Assembly: GCF_000738915.1 (NCBI RefSeq)
Contig: NW_026515638.1
Location: forward strand, 518,882-582,881
From: Nematocida ausubeli
Lineage: Eukaryota
Reading direction: 5' to 3'
DNA length: 64,000 bases
Position numbers and translations under genes: made by a program. Positions 45,048-55,249 of this stretch are shown in pieces. Below the pieces are notes generated by a model. The model did no database searches. It saw only the letters and a list, made by a program, of their open reading frames with translations, and was not told the DNA's origin. Position 1 is the first letter of the stretch, and every line of letters starts with the position of its first letter.

Positions 45048-46202
45048 TGTAAATTAAAAAAAGAAAAATTATTTATATTTTTCAATATTGGCTCTTATCA
45101 TTTTTTTTTATTTTCATTTTGGAGTCTATATTAAAATAAACAAATAGAATCCGGAATTTGTGTTTGTATTTTACTAAAATTCTGATAGAAAAACAATACG
45201 CTATTATTTGTGCTGCCAGATTTAAACACATCATAGGGAAATGTCAAAATATGCAAGAAAACAAAACATGCCATGCTGTATTTCATGTTTTCTTATTATC
45301 TTTAAAATATGGTGTTTTTTCGAAGGATCTTCTCTTTAGGGGGATGGTCTTAGAATAAACTAAGAAGAAAATTATTAAGCCTATAAATGCTGCCTACTGC
45401 ACCCCTAAATTAAAAGTGCACTATTTTCAGTTCTTAACTTACCTAAGCGAGGGGAAGGGGTATCTAGCAAATCTGTCTTAAGAAGCAATTTTATTAACAT
45501 TCAGATTGCATCCATAGCATTCTAGGCTTAGTACTTTTATCTCTTCGCTTATAGGTCAAATAGGTTTCCAATACATTTATATTCATTTTTGGAATTATAT
45601 GTCTATACTAGTATGTATAATGCTCTTCTTATAGTGCTAGTTTAAAGCTTTGTGTTTCTTAAAATAAAATTCATATATTTTATGACAGTTCTGTTTCTTG
45701 GTCACTTAAAAATAGAATTGGCTATGAGTGCATGCCAATAACCTTTGTACACTTATAATGGATTTAGAAAAGCTTTATTCCTGCATGGAAAAATTGGAAA
45801 TATTTGTTTAAGAATATTCATATATAGTGGAAGGCACTGCTAAGCATATGGATATATTGTGTTTTTGTGAAGTTCATGAAGCATAGTAATAGACTATCCA
45901 TCGGCACTGCTAGATGCACATATTTATATGTTTAGAGCAGACACTAGATATTTTTCCCTTTTGGAGCACTATACTTGATTACACCAGAGTTAGTACTATT
46001 TATATATGTTCTTTCTTATCTTGCTAAGCTAGAATAGAATGTAGAAACTATTTTGTAATTGCATGCATGAATATTTATTTGTTCTTAGAAGAATAAAAGG
46101 CTAAAAGTATAAGTCGCCTAATGGCTTCGGTTAGACAGATAGAGTCTTTTGCAGCGTATTAATCTACAGATGAAACATGGCATTTCAAGCTAGAATTCAT
46201 TC

Positions 46203-46569
46203 CAGCTGATTTTTCTCTTGAATTATTAGAAATAGCCATACTAGGCTGGGCATAATTTATTTCTTGTAGACCATTCATAGACCACCAGAAGATGCAAATC
46301 AATGCGATACTCCATAAGAGTAAAATCTTATTGATGAACTAAGGCAATATATCCACTATGAAAACACTATGATTGTGATCTTAATAAAACAATTAGAGCC
46401 CCTTGTAGTGTACTGGCCCATGATCAAAAACCCAGAAGGCAATGACAAACATTCATCTGCATTACTGAACTGGGAAGAGAGTTTCCCATTCTTGAGGCAG
46501 AAAACCCAGCAATCTATATTGCAGGCACAAGAAAGGGCTGCTGCGCGCCTTCAAGCCAGAGGAGACTAA
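46203..46569 (+). mobile_element. Fossil integrase fragment, copy 3 (inverted relative to copies 1 and 2)
   Basis: agctgatttttctcttgaattattaga...gcataatttatttct and gagccccttgtag...gaaggcaatgac...cttgaggca match the reverse complement of 5915-6243. Peptides GIIYFL*TIHRP, NLIDELRQY, TIRAPCSVL..QKPR and LRQKTQQSILQAQER follow Gypsy integrase order. Confidence 0.65.
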
Positions 46570-47003
46570 CACTATACTTGGCTAGATGCACAGAATGCTA
46601 GAAGAAGAAAATGCCAGAATATTTACAACAAAATCTGAACTATTTCATTAGCCAAGAATAGTTGTAGTACGTGGACAAGACCTCTTTGCTTAAAAGGATG
46701 TTATTCCTACTGATCTACTACCTTCAAATTATAACACCTTCATCTCTATGGCACTATAATAAAATGTAATTAAAATAGGTACATGTTCAAAATAAGCTAA
46801 TCAAGTATCTATGACTCTTGTTATATATCGGGTTATATCTGCCTTTCACATAGATTCTGATAGGGAATATTCCCATAGATTTTAGCCTGAGTGGCAATGG
46901 TAGGAAAGGCTATTATATACATTCAAGCTATTCGGGTTATATAAAGTGCGTGGAAGAATATCTATACATAGAGTCATAAAGTGAATGTGTATCGTTTATT
47001 TGT

Positions 47004-47318
47004 TTATAGCATAGAAACAGCTGCAAGTATGGCTACAAATGCAAATCCTAGGGAGATGCTTGAACTGCTGCTGTTTGCTGAGTTGGTGGCCTTGGACTTC
47101 TTAACAACCTTAGATGCTGCGCCCTTGTCAGAGCTCTCATCTGCGCTACAGCTCTCGCTGTCGTCATCACTCTTGTCCTTTCCAGAGGATGCCTTAGAGG
47201 CTGATCCCTTGGTTGGGTTGGAGCTGGTTACAGAGCCCTTTTCGCTGCTTGCTGCGCTTATGTTTCCGAAGAACACTATGCTGAGGGTAGTGATAGTTAG
47301 TAATCCTGATAGTTTCAT
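47004..47318 (-). CDS. Small Ser/Lys/Asp-rich secreted protein with putative GPI-anchor signal (~104 aa)
   Basis: Signal peptide MKLSGLLTITTLSIVFFGNISA, low-complexity body, small-residue stretch NSANSSSSS and hydrophobic C-terminus LGFAFVAILAAVSML with no cytosolic tail. Confidence 0.8.
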   Translation of the reverse strand: MKLSGLLTITTLSIVFFGNISAASSEKGSVTSSNPTKGSASKASSGKDKSDDDSESCSADESSDKGAASKVVKKSKATNSANSSSSSISLGFAFVAILAAVSML

Positions 47319-48033
47319 TTTATTTTTCACTGCTTTTCTCCTATTTATACCTTTATTTATCCATAGAGCTTTTAAACCATGTTCCAGACTACATCTATTT
47401 GAGGCATATTAAAAATTATAGTACCTAATAATGCGAATACGAATGATCTATTGATCTATTACCTTAATATACTCTAAGTAATTAAAAAGAACGCGCTTTA
47501 GACCAAGGCTACTTTAAATTAAAATGGAAATTAATGTGAAAATTAAAGGCTTTGATTTTTCCGGCTAGAGACTGGTCTGTTTTGTTCTATGCCCAGGCAC
47601 ATATGAGTACACTATAGCGCACCACAAGGCCATTGAAAAATATATATTAACTTATTCTAAATGATACGCCCTAAACTTAGTAGAGAAATTAACATTTGAG
47701 GCATGCATTAATGAATTCAGTGCTACAGGAAATTAATCATATTCTACCATGGCCTAGTGCATGGTGGGTTTTCCTTAAAAACAATATCAATAAATAGCTA
47801 GAGAGGCGTGACTAGCACTAATATATACAAAAGCACTGCCTTACACTCGCACCTATTCAGAAGATCTACCTACTCAGTACATGCTAGAGAAGAAGAAAGA
47901 ATGAGTTATTCTTACTATCACAATTTCTTGCTGTATTCTGCTCTCCCTTAATAAATCTTTTGCTCTCTATAATGAATCTGCTACTCTCATAGAATTAAAC
48001 CACACTTATGCTGAACTTTTCTTTTTCATGCGA

Positions 48034-48342
48034 TGACGTGACATGACACTTTAAAATTTGCATTTTGACATGTCAACCGATATATCCCGAATTATATTTG
48101 ACGGGCGCAAAAGGGAGCAACGCTCCATCTAGTAGATAGTAGTATATAAACTGATATAACCCGAATTGTTAAAAGAGTTTTATTTTTATCACTTTTTGCA
48201 AGTGCCTTTGGTGACTGTGACTTTTTTATTCGTATTTAATTTATTTCTTACTGTTGACACGTGCTACTTACTTTAATATTTTCATATGATTACATAGTGT
48301 CCTTCTGACATATAAAGAATCTTTCAGAAATTTAAATTGACA
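48034..48342 (+). promoter_or_regulatory. Cluster of TGAC(A/G/T) sites upstream of the 48420 gene
   Basis: TGAC at 48034, 48039, 48044, 48066, 48099, 48212, 48218, 48255, 48306, 48338, plus reverse TGTCA at 48071 within the perfect palindrome TTGACATGTCAA (48065-48076). Confidence 0.5.
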
Positions 48343-48419
48343 TTGATAGACTCTTGTGGCCTCAAAATAATGATGTGTGATTTCACAACAATATATATAG
48401 ATGTACGAGTCTAGATTAG

Positions 48420-49211
48420 ATGCATTTTATTATTCTTTTCCTCTTGCCTTTCATTCTATGCGATAGTAGTGATGACAGTTGTAAGACTGCTTCTGAGATA
48501 TCGATTTTTGCTGAGAAGCTGCACAGCCCTTCTCAATTTCTTTTCGTGTTTGCTGTATTTGGGATTCTCATTATGATAATTACACTTGGGCTCTTGGTGT
48601 GCGTGTACTTTGACTTCTTTAACTACGAATGGCCAAATAAACTTTTGTACGGCGAATTTGCAGCCAATGACAATTCGTGCAGTGCAGTGTTTTCCATAAA
48701 GAAGCCGTTTTGCACCGTTGCAGACACAGACGTAACATACCAAAACATAATGCATCACAACAAGCTAAAGCTGCCTCTGTGCAGAAGCCTCACAGAAAAG
48801 CCCATAGAAGAGGTTCCTAGTTTTATTTACAACTCAATTATGGCGCAGCTTATAAAAAATGGGCATGATACAGAGTTTCTTGGTTCTTCTAGTCGATCCG
48901 ATGCTTTTCTTTCAAAACTTGTAGTTGTAGGAACAGAAAACATGTGCAACAAAACGTTGGCAGCAAAAAGTAGTTTGGGCCAGGAGGTGGACCCACAGGA
49001 TCTTATTAAACAGCAGTGTGCAATAATAGCATGGATACTTGACGTGATAAACAACAAAGTAGAAGGATATGAGATTCTTCGCGATGCCGTTCTACTCTCT
49101 GTTAATGAAGTAGTAAGTAAGTATGCACCAGATTCGCTTGAGACATCAGTAGATATGAAGCTAGCAGAAAAGTCAGCTGAAGCTCTTCGTGCTCTAGTCA
49201 ATCGCCACTAA
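48420..49211 (+). CDS. Hypothetical protein with signal peptide and one TM helix (263 aa)
   Basis: MHFIILFLLPFILC signal; TM FLFVFAVFGILIMIITLGLLVCVYF; Cys-containing C-terminal domain. Confidence 0.8.
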   Translation: MHFIILFLLPFILCDSSDDSCKTASEISIFAEKLHSPSQFLFVFAVFGILIMIITLGLLVCVYFDFFNYEWPNKLLYGEFAANDNSCSAVFSIKKPFCTVADTDVTYQNIMHHNKLKLPLCRSLTEKPIEEVPSFIYNSIMAQLIKNGHDTEFLGSSSRSDAFLSKLVVVGTENMCNKTLAAKSSLGQEVDPQDLIKQQCAIIAWILDVINNKVEGYEILRDAVLLSVNEVVSKYAPDSLETSVDMKLAEKSAEALRALVNRH

Positions 49212-49741
49212 TAAAGCATACAGAAGTATTTCCATTGTTCTTAGATCTTTATTGCTGCAAAGTCTCTAGAATCGGATGTCTATTGAAATACCGTCTCTTA
49301 GGGAAAGCACAGTGTTTTCTAATAGACATTTTTCAATCATAGAGTACCGTGAAGAGAATAATAGGAAAACAATTTTAAGTGCTCTTAGCAGAAAGAAATT
49401 TCCTACTCTTCGCATTATATGGAATAATTAACAAATAAAGACAGTCTTCTTGCATTTGCTCTCTTTTCTATTTTTACTTATAATCCTGTGCTATATTACA
49501 TCCCTTTGAATTCTTGCATTATTCTGTGTGGTTTTTCTGCTTGTGCTGTATTTCCAGTGCATTCAGAGTATATTTAAGTTTAGTCTATATATGAGTAAAA
49601 TATTCTAATTTATTTTATGCATGAGTCTTAGTAATACTTTGTGCATTTTATATAGATTGGTTCTATAGCCTAATAGCAAGTTCTAATATGCAGGAATGTA
49701 TTGCTGCCATACTAGCATCTATGACATGTCTTAGAACACTT

Positions 49742-51622
49742 CTACCAGCACTCGCTCTGTGGCTTGGTTACTGTGCCGGATATTTCCTCAAGTATCTTTG
49801 GAATGGTTTTTATAAGACGCACCCCTCCACATAGAATTATATTCTTGTTTAGTTCTTCCTTGCTAAGAATTTTCAGGACATTTTCAATATAGTTCTTTGG
49901 GCGTACTAAATCCTGCGATATCCCGTGTGCCTCCAGAACCTTAGAGGCCTCTTTTATTCTGGATGGCGCCAGAAGCACTTGAATCTTTTTCTGTGTTACT
50001 TTACTGGAGATATAGACATGTCCATTTTTTTGGATAATTTCTATGGTTTTATTCTGCAATAGCTCGTCATAGTGAAAGCAGTCAAGCAGCATTGATCTAA
50101 ACCCAAAGAGAATAGAAATGCTATTCACATCACTAAGGCGCCCTGCTAGATATTCATTCAATATGGTTCTTCCCAGAGAAATTCCTGTGCCTGTGCATAT
50201 AATAAATAAATCTCCCTGCACAGACAGCTGGCTTTTTTTAATGTCTATAGACACTGGGGCGCCTTTCTCCAGGTGTGCCAAATACTCTGAACACACTCCG
50301 TATATCTCTTTTGTATAGTGCTTTATTCGTATTCTGCCTGCAGTTATGCTGTATGTTGTGCCATCCCTCTTGCTTATTGTATAGTACCTAGGAAGAATCC
50401 TTCTTATCAGGCAAGCCTTGACTGACACTTTTATGTAGAAGTCTGTCAGAACATCCTTAAATGACTTTTTTGGCTTTAGTACATATGAGTAGTATAAGTC
50501 ATACGAGGCACCTATATCTTTAAGCTTGTCCAAATACATGCTCTTAAGGTTGCCTGGACAGAAAATGTGTGCGTGTGTTCCTTTTAGAACTATATCGTAC
50601 AACTGCTGCATGTGATGGTACATTGGAATTGAGTGATAGTCGATGTGCCGGCTGTCAAACTCTGCATCGTCAAGGAATATTTTTGCAGATGAATCCTTAT
50701 AGCATGCATTCTCTGGCTTTATTGCCAAAACATCTCCAACAGAATATTCATGCCCATTGTCTATGGAAAATTGATACTCATAAACAGAGGAGTACATTGA
50801 TCCAAGCGCACCTAAATCTGATATCTCTTCTTCTAAACCTGCTCCATCCACCCCAAGTATCCTTGCAATATCTGGGCATGCTGCAGGCGCAAGCTTCTTA
50901 TGGCCAAGATAAATCCCAGTATACGGCGCCTGCACCTCTCTTGAGAATGCATGCCTTCTGCTTCCCTTTACCTCAGAATATATAGAGCCAAGGGCTTGCT
51001 TTAGACTTACCACCCACGGAACATACGCAGAATATACACCCATTGGATCTGCATCATCGCAGTCACATCTTTCGCACAAAGGAATTCCTCCTACTTGCTG
51101 CAGTCTATTAAACAGTCTTTTTCCTGCATAGTTGTACTTAGGATACGATGAATCACCGAGACACACTACTGCAAAGTAAAAGGAAAATGAGCCATTCCAG
51201 CTCTTTCTCCTCAGCTCTTTCCAAAATCTCTGCATATTATAGGGCGCATCCCCATCTCCAGTTGTTGAGCATACGAATACAATCACTGGCACATGCTTTA
51301 AGTCCTGCACATCAAGCCTGTCAAGATCAAATAGTTCAACTTTGTATTCTAGCCTGTCATTCCTGACTCCATCCATAGCAGTCTCTTCAGTATACACCTG
51401 AGATGAAATTGGCTGAGCAGAAGTTATATCTTTCTCTGGTGATTCATTTGAAGAAAGTACGCTGTTAGTGTATCCTTGAAAGGCACTCTCTGTAGCCTGC
51501 TTTTCATTTTCATTTGGGCGGGCATTGTTTACATGCACTTCCTGCAAGTCTTTCTTTAAAAGCTCTGCTATTTCAAAAGAGTTTCCAGAATTAGACCCAA
51601 CGCCAACAGGAATAAAAAGCAT
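49742..51622 (-). CDS. TAH18: NADPH-dependent diflavin oxidoreductase 1 (Tah18/NDOR1)
   Basis: Flavodoxin motifs GSNSGNS, CSTTGDGDAPYNM..FW..L, LGDSSYPKYNYAGKRL..RL; FAD-binding PRYYTIS; TGTGIS; terminal ECW; no N-terminal membrane anchor. Confidence 0.88.
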   Translation of the reverse strand: MLFIPVGVGSNSGNSFEIAELLKKDLQEVHVNNARPNENEKQATESAFQGYTNSVLSSNESPEKDITSAQPISSQVYTEETAMDGVRNDRLEYKVELFDLDRLDVQDLKHVPVIVFVCSTTGDGDAPYNMQRFWKELRRKSWNGSFSFYFAVVCLGDSSYPKYNYAGKRLFNRLQQVGGIPLCERCDCDDADPMGVYSAYVPWVVSLKQALGSIYSEVKGSRRHAFSREVQAPYTGIYLGHKKLAPAACPDIARILGVDGAGLEEEISDLGALGSMYSSVYEYQFSIDNGHEYSVGDVLAIKPENACYKDSSAKIFLDDAEFDSRHIDYHSIPMYHHMQQLYDIVLKGTHAHIFCPGNLKSMYLDKLKDIGASYDLYYSYVLKPKKSFKDVLTDFYIKVSVKACLIRRILPRYYTISKRDGTTYSITAGRIRIKHYTKEIYGVCSEYLAHLEKGAPVSIDIKKSQLSVQGDLFIICTGTGISLGRTILNEYLAGRLSDVNSISILFGFRSMLLDCFHYDELLQNKTIEIIQKNGHVYISSKVTQKKIQVLLAPSRIKEASKVLEAHGISQDLVRPKNYIENVLKILSKEELNKNIILCGGVRLIKTIPKILEEISGTVTKPQSECW

Positions 51623-51647
51623 TGAAAAAATGAAAAATGAAAATTAA

Positions 51648-53213
51648 ATGAGCCAGACCGCAAAGCAGCTGCCAATAAAGGAGTTTGACACATCACTGAA
51701 CCGGCTTGAAAAAGAGAATTTTGATTTGAAGCTGCAAATATCTCACCTAAGATCAAAATTAAATGAGCTAACTAACTCATCCCTCACATTCATTCCTACC
51801 TGCGACTGCAAAAGAACAAAAACAGAAACAAAGGATGTTTTGTCTGAGGTAAAAGTGGAGATGAAAAATCTTTTGGACCAGAACGAAATCATGAAGGCGC
51901 AGAACACAGACCTGCTGGAAAAGCTTGAGGATATTCAGAGAGAAAACGAGTCTTTGCGGAAAGACTGTGTAAAGCTGTCGCAGCACATAAGCGAGCAGAC
52001 GAAAAGAGAGGCTGAAAGTAAGAATGTTCTGCACGAAATGAAGGCAGAAATTGAGACTGTAAAGGAAGAAATGGAAGAGGTTGAAAAGATAAAGCAGCAG
52101 AATAAAATGCTTAAGGAGGAGTACATGAGCTTAGATCGAATCGCAAAAAAGCTGGAGACAGAGTATAAAGAGGAGTACTCGCAGTTTACCTCTGAGAATG
52201 CATCACTTCAGAAAGTTAATAGCGAAATGAGGGAGAGAATAAAGAAAATGGAAAGCCAGCTAGAAGAGCAGGCGCAGAGAAATGCGCAGCTTGCAAGTGA
52301 GAACCATGCACTCTGCATAGAAAGAAGCGAACTCCAGCAGAACACAAGGACTTTAGAGTCTCTTAGGCAGAACATCCAAAACCAGCTGCATGTAAAGACC
52401 GACGAAGCACTCAAAACAAAAGAGATCGGTGAGAAGCTTGTAAATGAACTAAAATCAAAGAGCAAGCATGCACTGCTGCAGAAAGAAGAGGTGGAAAGAA
52501 GAGCCGAAGGAATAATAAAGAACAGAGATATGACAATACACCAGCTAAAGGATTTAATAGAAAGGTCAACCACTGAGATGCAAAATGTAAATATAAAAGT
52601 GTCTGCCATCCAGAGCGAAATGGGGCATTACATTAAATATCTTGTGTCACTCATTCACAGAATAGCCAAGTTCTCTGGAGAGATGGATCGGGCGAAAATG
52701 CTCTCTGCCTCTACTTTTGGGCAGTATAAGTCCAGAGTCATTCATATACAGAATGAGCAGTCACATAGGCAAGATCTGAAGTCCCAGAGAGAAAAGGAGA
52801 CCATGCAAGACGTGGTGCTTGATGCAAAGAGAGAGATTGAAAGGATCCAGGCAGAGAAGGATAAGCTACTTGCAGAGCGGGAAGACCTGATTGGCCGGCT
52901 GCACATCACGCCAAACACGCTCAAAATCGCCAAAGACCTGGGAATAAACGAGTTCACAACGATAGACAATCTATTCATTACATGGAAGACCTCGCAGGAC
53001 CAGATAGTGGAAGGCATAACCAGAAAGCACAAAGCAGAAGGAATGGAAAGAAGCAGAAAACTCGAGGAGTTCCAGACTAAGCTGCAGGCTGCTCTCTCTG
53101 AGCTTAATTTATGCAGGGCATATCTTGAAGAGAAGAAAAACATTATCAAATCGATTAGAAAGGCCCAAGGCCCCTCTTCTTTGCTGAATAGAATAGATGT
53201 GTCAAATAAGTAG
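51648..53213 (+). CDS. Centrosomin motif 1 (CM1) coiled-coil protein; gamma-tubulin complex receptor (Mto1/Pcp1/Spc110-like)
   Basis: N-terminal IKEFDTSLNRLEKENFDLKLQISHL matches CM1 (LxKENFxLKLxIxxL), followed by a long coiled coil. Confidence 0.85.
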   Translation: MSQTAKQLPIKEFDTSLNRLEKENFDLKLQISHLRSKLNELTNSSLTFIPTCDCKRTKTETKDVLSEVKVEMKNLLDQNEIMKAQNTDLLEKLEDIQRENESLRKDCVKLSQHISEQTKREAESKNVLHEMKAEIETVKEEMEEVEKIKQQNKMLKEEYMSLDRIAKKLETEYKEEYSQFTSENASLQKVNSEMRERIKKMESQLEEQAQRNAQLASENHALCIERSELQQNTRTLESLRQNIQNQLHVKTDEALKTKEIGEKLVNELKSKSKHALLQKEEVERRAEGIIKNRDMTIHQLKDLIERSTTEMQNVNIKVSAIQSEMGHYIKYLVSLIHRIAKFSGEMDRAKMLSASTFGQYKSRVIHIQNEQSHRQDLKSQREKETMQDVVLDAKREIERIQAEKDKLLAEREDLIGRLHITPNTLKIAKDLGINEFTTIDNLFITWKTSQDQIVEGITRKHKAEGMERSRKLEEFQTKLQAALSELNLCRAYLEEKKNIIKSIRKAQGPSSLLNRIDVSNK

Positions 53214-54097
53214 TTCCTGCAATAAACTATGTATAAACTACTATATGCCTATTTTTATCCAGAGTTCCCTTGCTTGTTCCCTGCACTAGTGTTCTACTCA
53301 AGAAAACAGGGTGTTTTGTACATATTTGGCGATGCAATGGCTATTACCTTTTTTGTGCTGGAGTGCAGGTCTAAAGCCTTCAGATCTTATAACTAAATAG
53401 AAAAATATACACTTTAATTTTATATTACTGCAAAATCTTAATAGAAGTCCTAGGATATAGCACTTCTTAGGCCATAATATTCTGGTATGCTTCTGTACAC
53501 CCATATATTTAAAAGCCCAAATATATACTCGTGGTATGTGTACTACTATACTATGCACAAACGTCTTTCTTCATGGGATAGTATCAAGAATGTTTGTAGG
53601 TATACCTATTTACACACCAGTAATTTGGTATATGCATTTATTTAGGGATGTAAGAACTCAATTTATGTAATTTTCAGCCATAGGTATAGAAATCCAAACA
53701 CTAGTGGTTTAAAATCTCTAGTAGAGCGATCAAAGAATCTGTATTTTAGAACACTTAAAGAAAGAGAAATGAACTTATGGCAGCATGTATATGAACGCAT
53801 GTACATTCTTGTAGCTTCTTACAAAGTGCATGTTTGTATGCCTTTACTATTATATGTGAAGTTTCATGCAACTGTCTTCCTGTCTAAAAGTAAATTATAT
53901 TGCAGATAAGTGTCTTAACGGAGATAAAATTTATTTAACATTCTGAATATAAGCTGTAATAAGGCTTTGGCAAAAATACACCTTTAGTTTCTGAGAATAT
54001 CTGCTTCTGGTTCCCTCAAGACAGTTTATATAGCTCGCCTGGTCCAAGCAGTGTTCTTTTCTGCCTCTAGTCTATACAGTGTATCTCTACTCTTTTA

Positions 54098-55249
54098 TTA
54101 TATCCTCATGCCTGTTTTTGAGTGGATTTCTTCCGGTATCATAAGGATCCTTATTTCCACTGGGGTAGATATTTGCGATTTAAAACCCTGCGACCAATCG
54201 TATCCTACAGCAACAGCTAAGTATCTTCCTGTGTTGTTGAACGCAGTTGCTGTGATGCACTTATCAATTACCGAGGACACGCTGGATGCTCCAGGCCCTC
54301 CAATTGCCACACGGCACTTCGCCTGTCTGTTCCATAGCATCACCACACCATCGGTTCCTGCGGTTAGAAGTGTCATGGGGAATGCTGGGTGGTAGTGAAC
54401 AGAGTTAATGGGATATGCGTTTCTGTCTGTTGTAGTTTGTTTGCACCGGAAGGAGTAGTACATGGTGCTTAGACTGTTTCCAGGCCGGACAGCCACAATC
54501 TCCGCTTTAGACCCGGTTGTGCCTACAATTGCATCCTGCCCATCATTTGAGCAAGATATGCTTCTTAGCTGCCACTGGCTTTTAAGCTGGTACTTTGTGG
54601 CCGTCTGAATTGTTCCATACCCCATGGGCGTACTGGGCCTCAGCTTATTCTGGTATGCACTGTTTGTTGGCACCTGGACCTTCTCCAGTGTGTATGCATC
54701 GTATGATACAATGGTGTTGCTCAGCAGAATTGCTATTGTGTTCATCTTGCTGTCCATTGCGTACACCTTGTCCTCCATTAGCAGCTCTTTTGGCTGTGCC
54801 TGCGGGTTATTTATGTCCCAGACCTTAACTGTCTTATCCCAGCTGCCGGTGACCAAAGTTCTTGCACAAGTAAAAACCATTGCACTGACCCCTAGTGAGT
54901 GTCTCCCAAGAGTGGTCAGATTCCCTGTTCCCATGTCGATTACCCTAACAGCTCCATCTGCGCTTCCTGTGAACAGATACATTCCGTCACTGGAAAAACA
55001 GCTGCACAGAATGGGAGACCCGTTTGGATTTGGGATTGATGTTTTAAGAGCCATTGACTCATGCACATTCTGGTTGCTTGGCATGTAAATGTACACAGAT
55101 CCATCCCAGGAACACGCCGTAAGAATATCGCTCACTGGACTGTATTTTATTGATGAAATGCTATCTGTGGGCGGCTGCTGCACTAAGAAGTCGGAGAGTA
55201 ATACTTCTTTGTTTCCCTGCATACTTGTGGTTGTAGTTGGATTGTACAT
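54098..55249 (-). CDS. RAE1: mRNA export factor Rae1/Gle2 (WD40)
   Basis: PPTDSISSI, SWDGSV, LVTGSWDKTVKVWD, FRC...AYPINSV, AVGYDWSQG. Confidence 0.88.
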   Translation of the reverse strand: MYNPTTTTSMQGNKEVLLSDFLVQQPPTDSISSIKYSPVSDILTACSWDGSVYIYMPSNQNVHESMALKTSIPNPNGSPILCSCFSSDGMYLFTGSADGAVRVIDMGTGNLTTLGRHSLGVSAMVFTCARTLVTGSWDKTVKVWDINNPQAQPKELLMEDKVYAMDSKMNTIAILLSNTIVSYDAYTLEKVQVPTNSAYQNKLRPSTPMGYGTIQTATKYQLKSQWQLRSISCSNDGQDAIVGTTGSKAEIVAVRPGNSLSTMYYSFRCKQTTTDRNAYPINSVHYHPAFPMTLLTAGTDGVVMLWNRQAKCRVAIGGPGASSVSSVIDKCITATAFNNTGRYLAVAVGYDWSQGFKSQISTPVEIRILMIPEEIHSKTGMRI

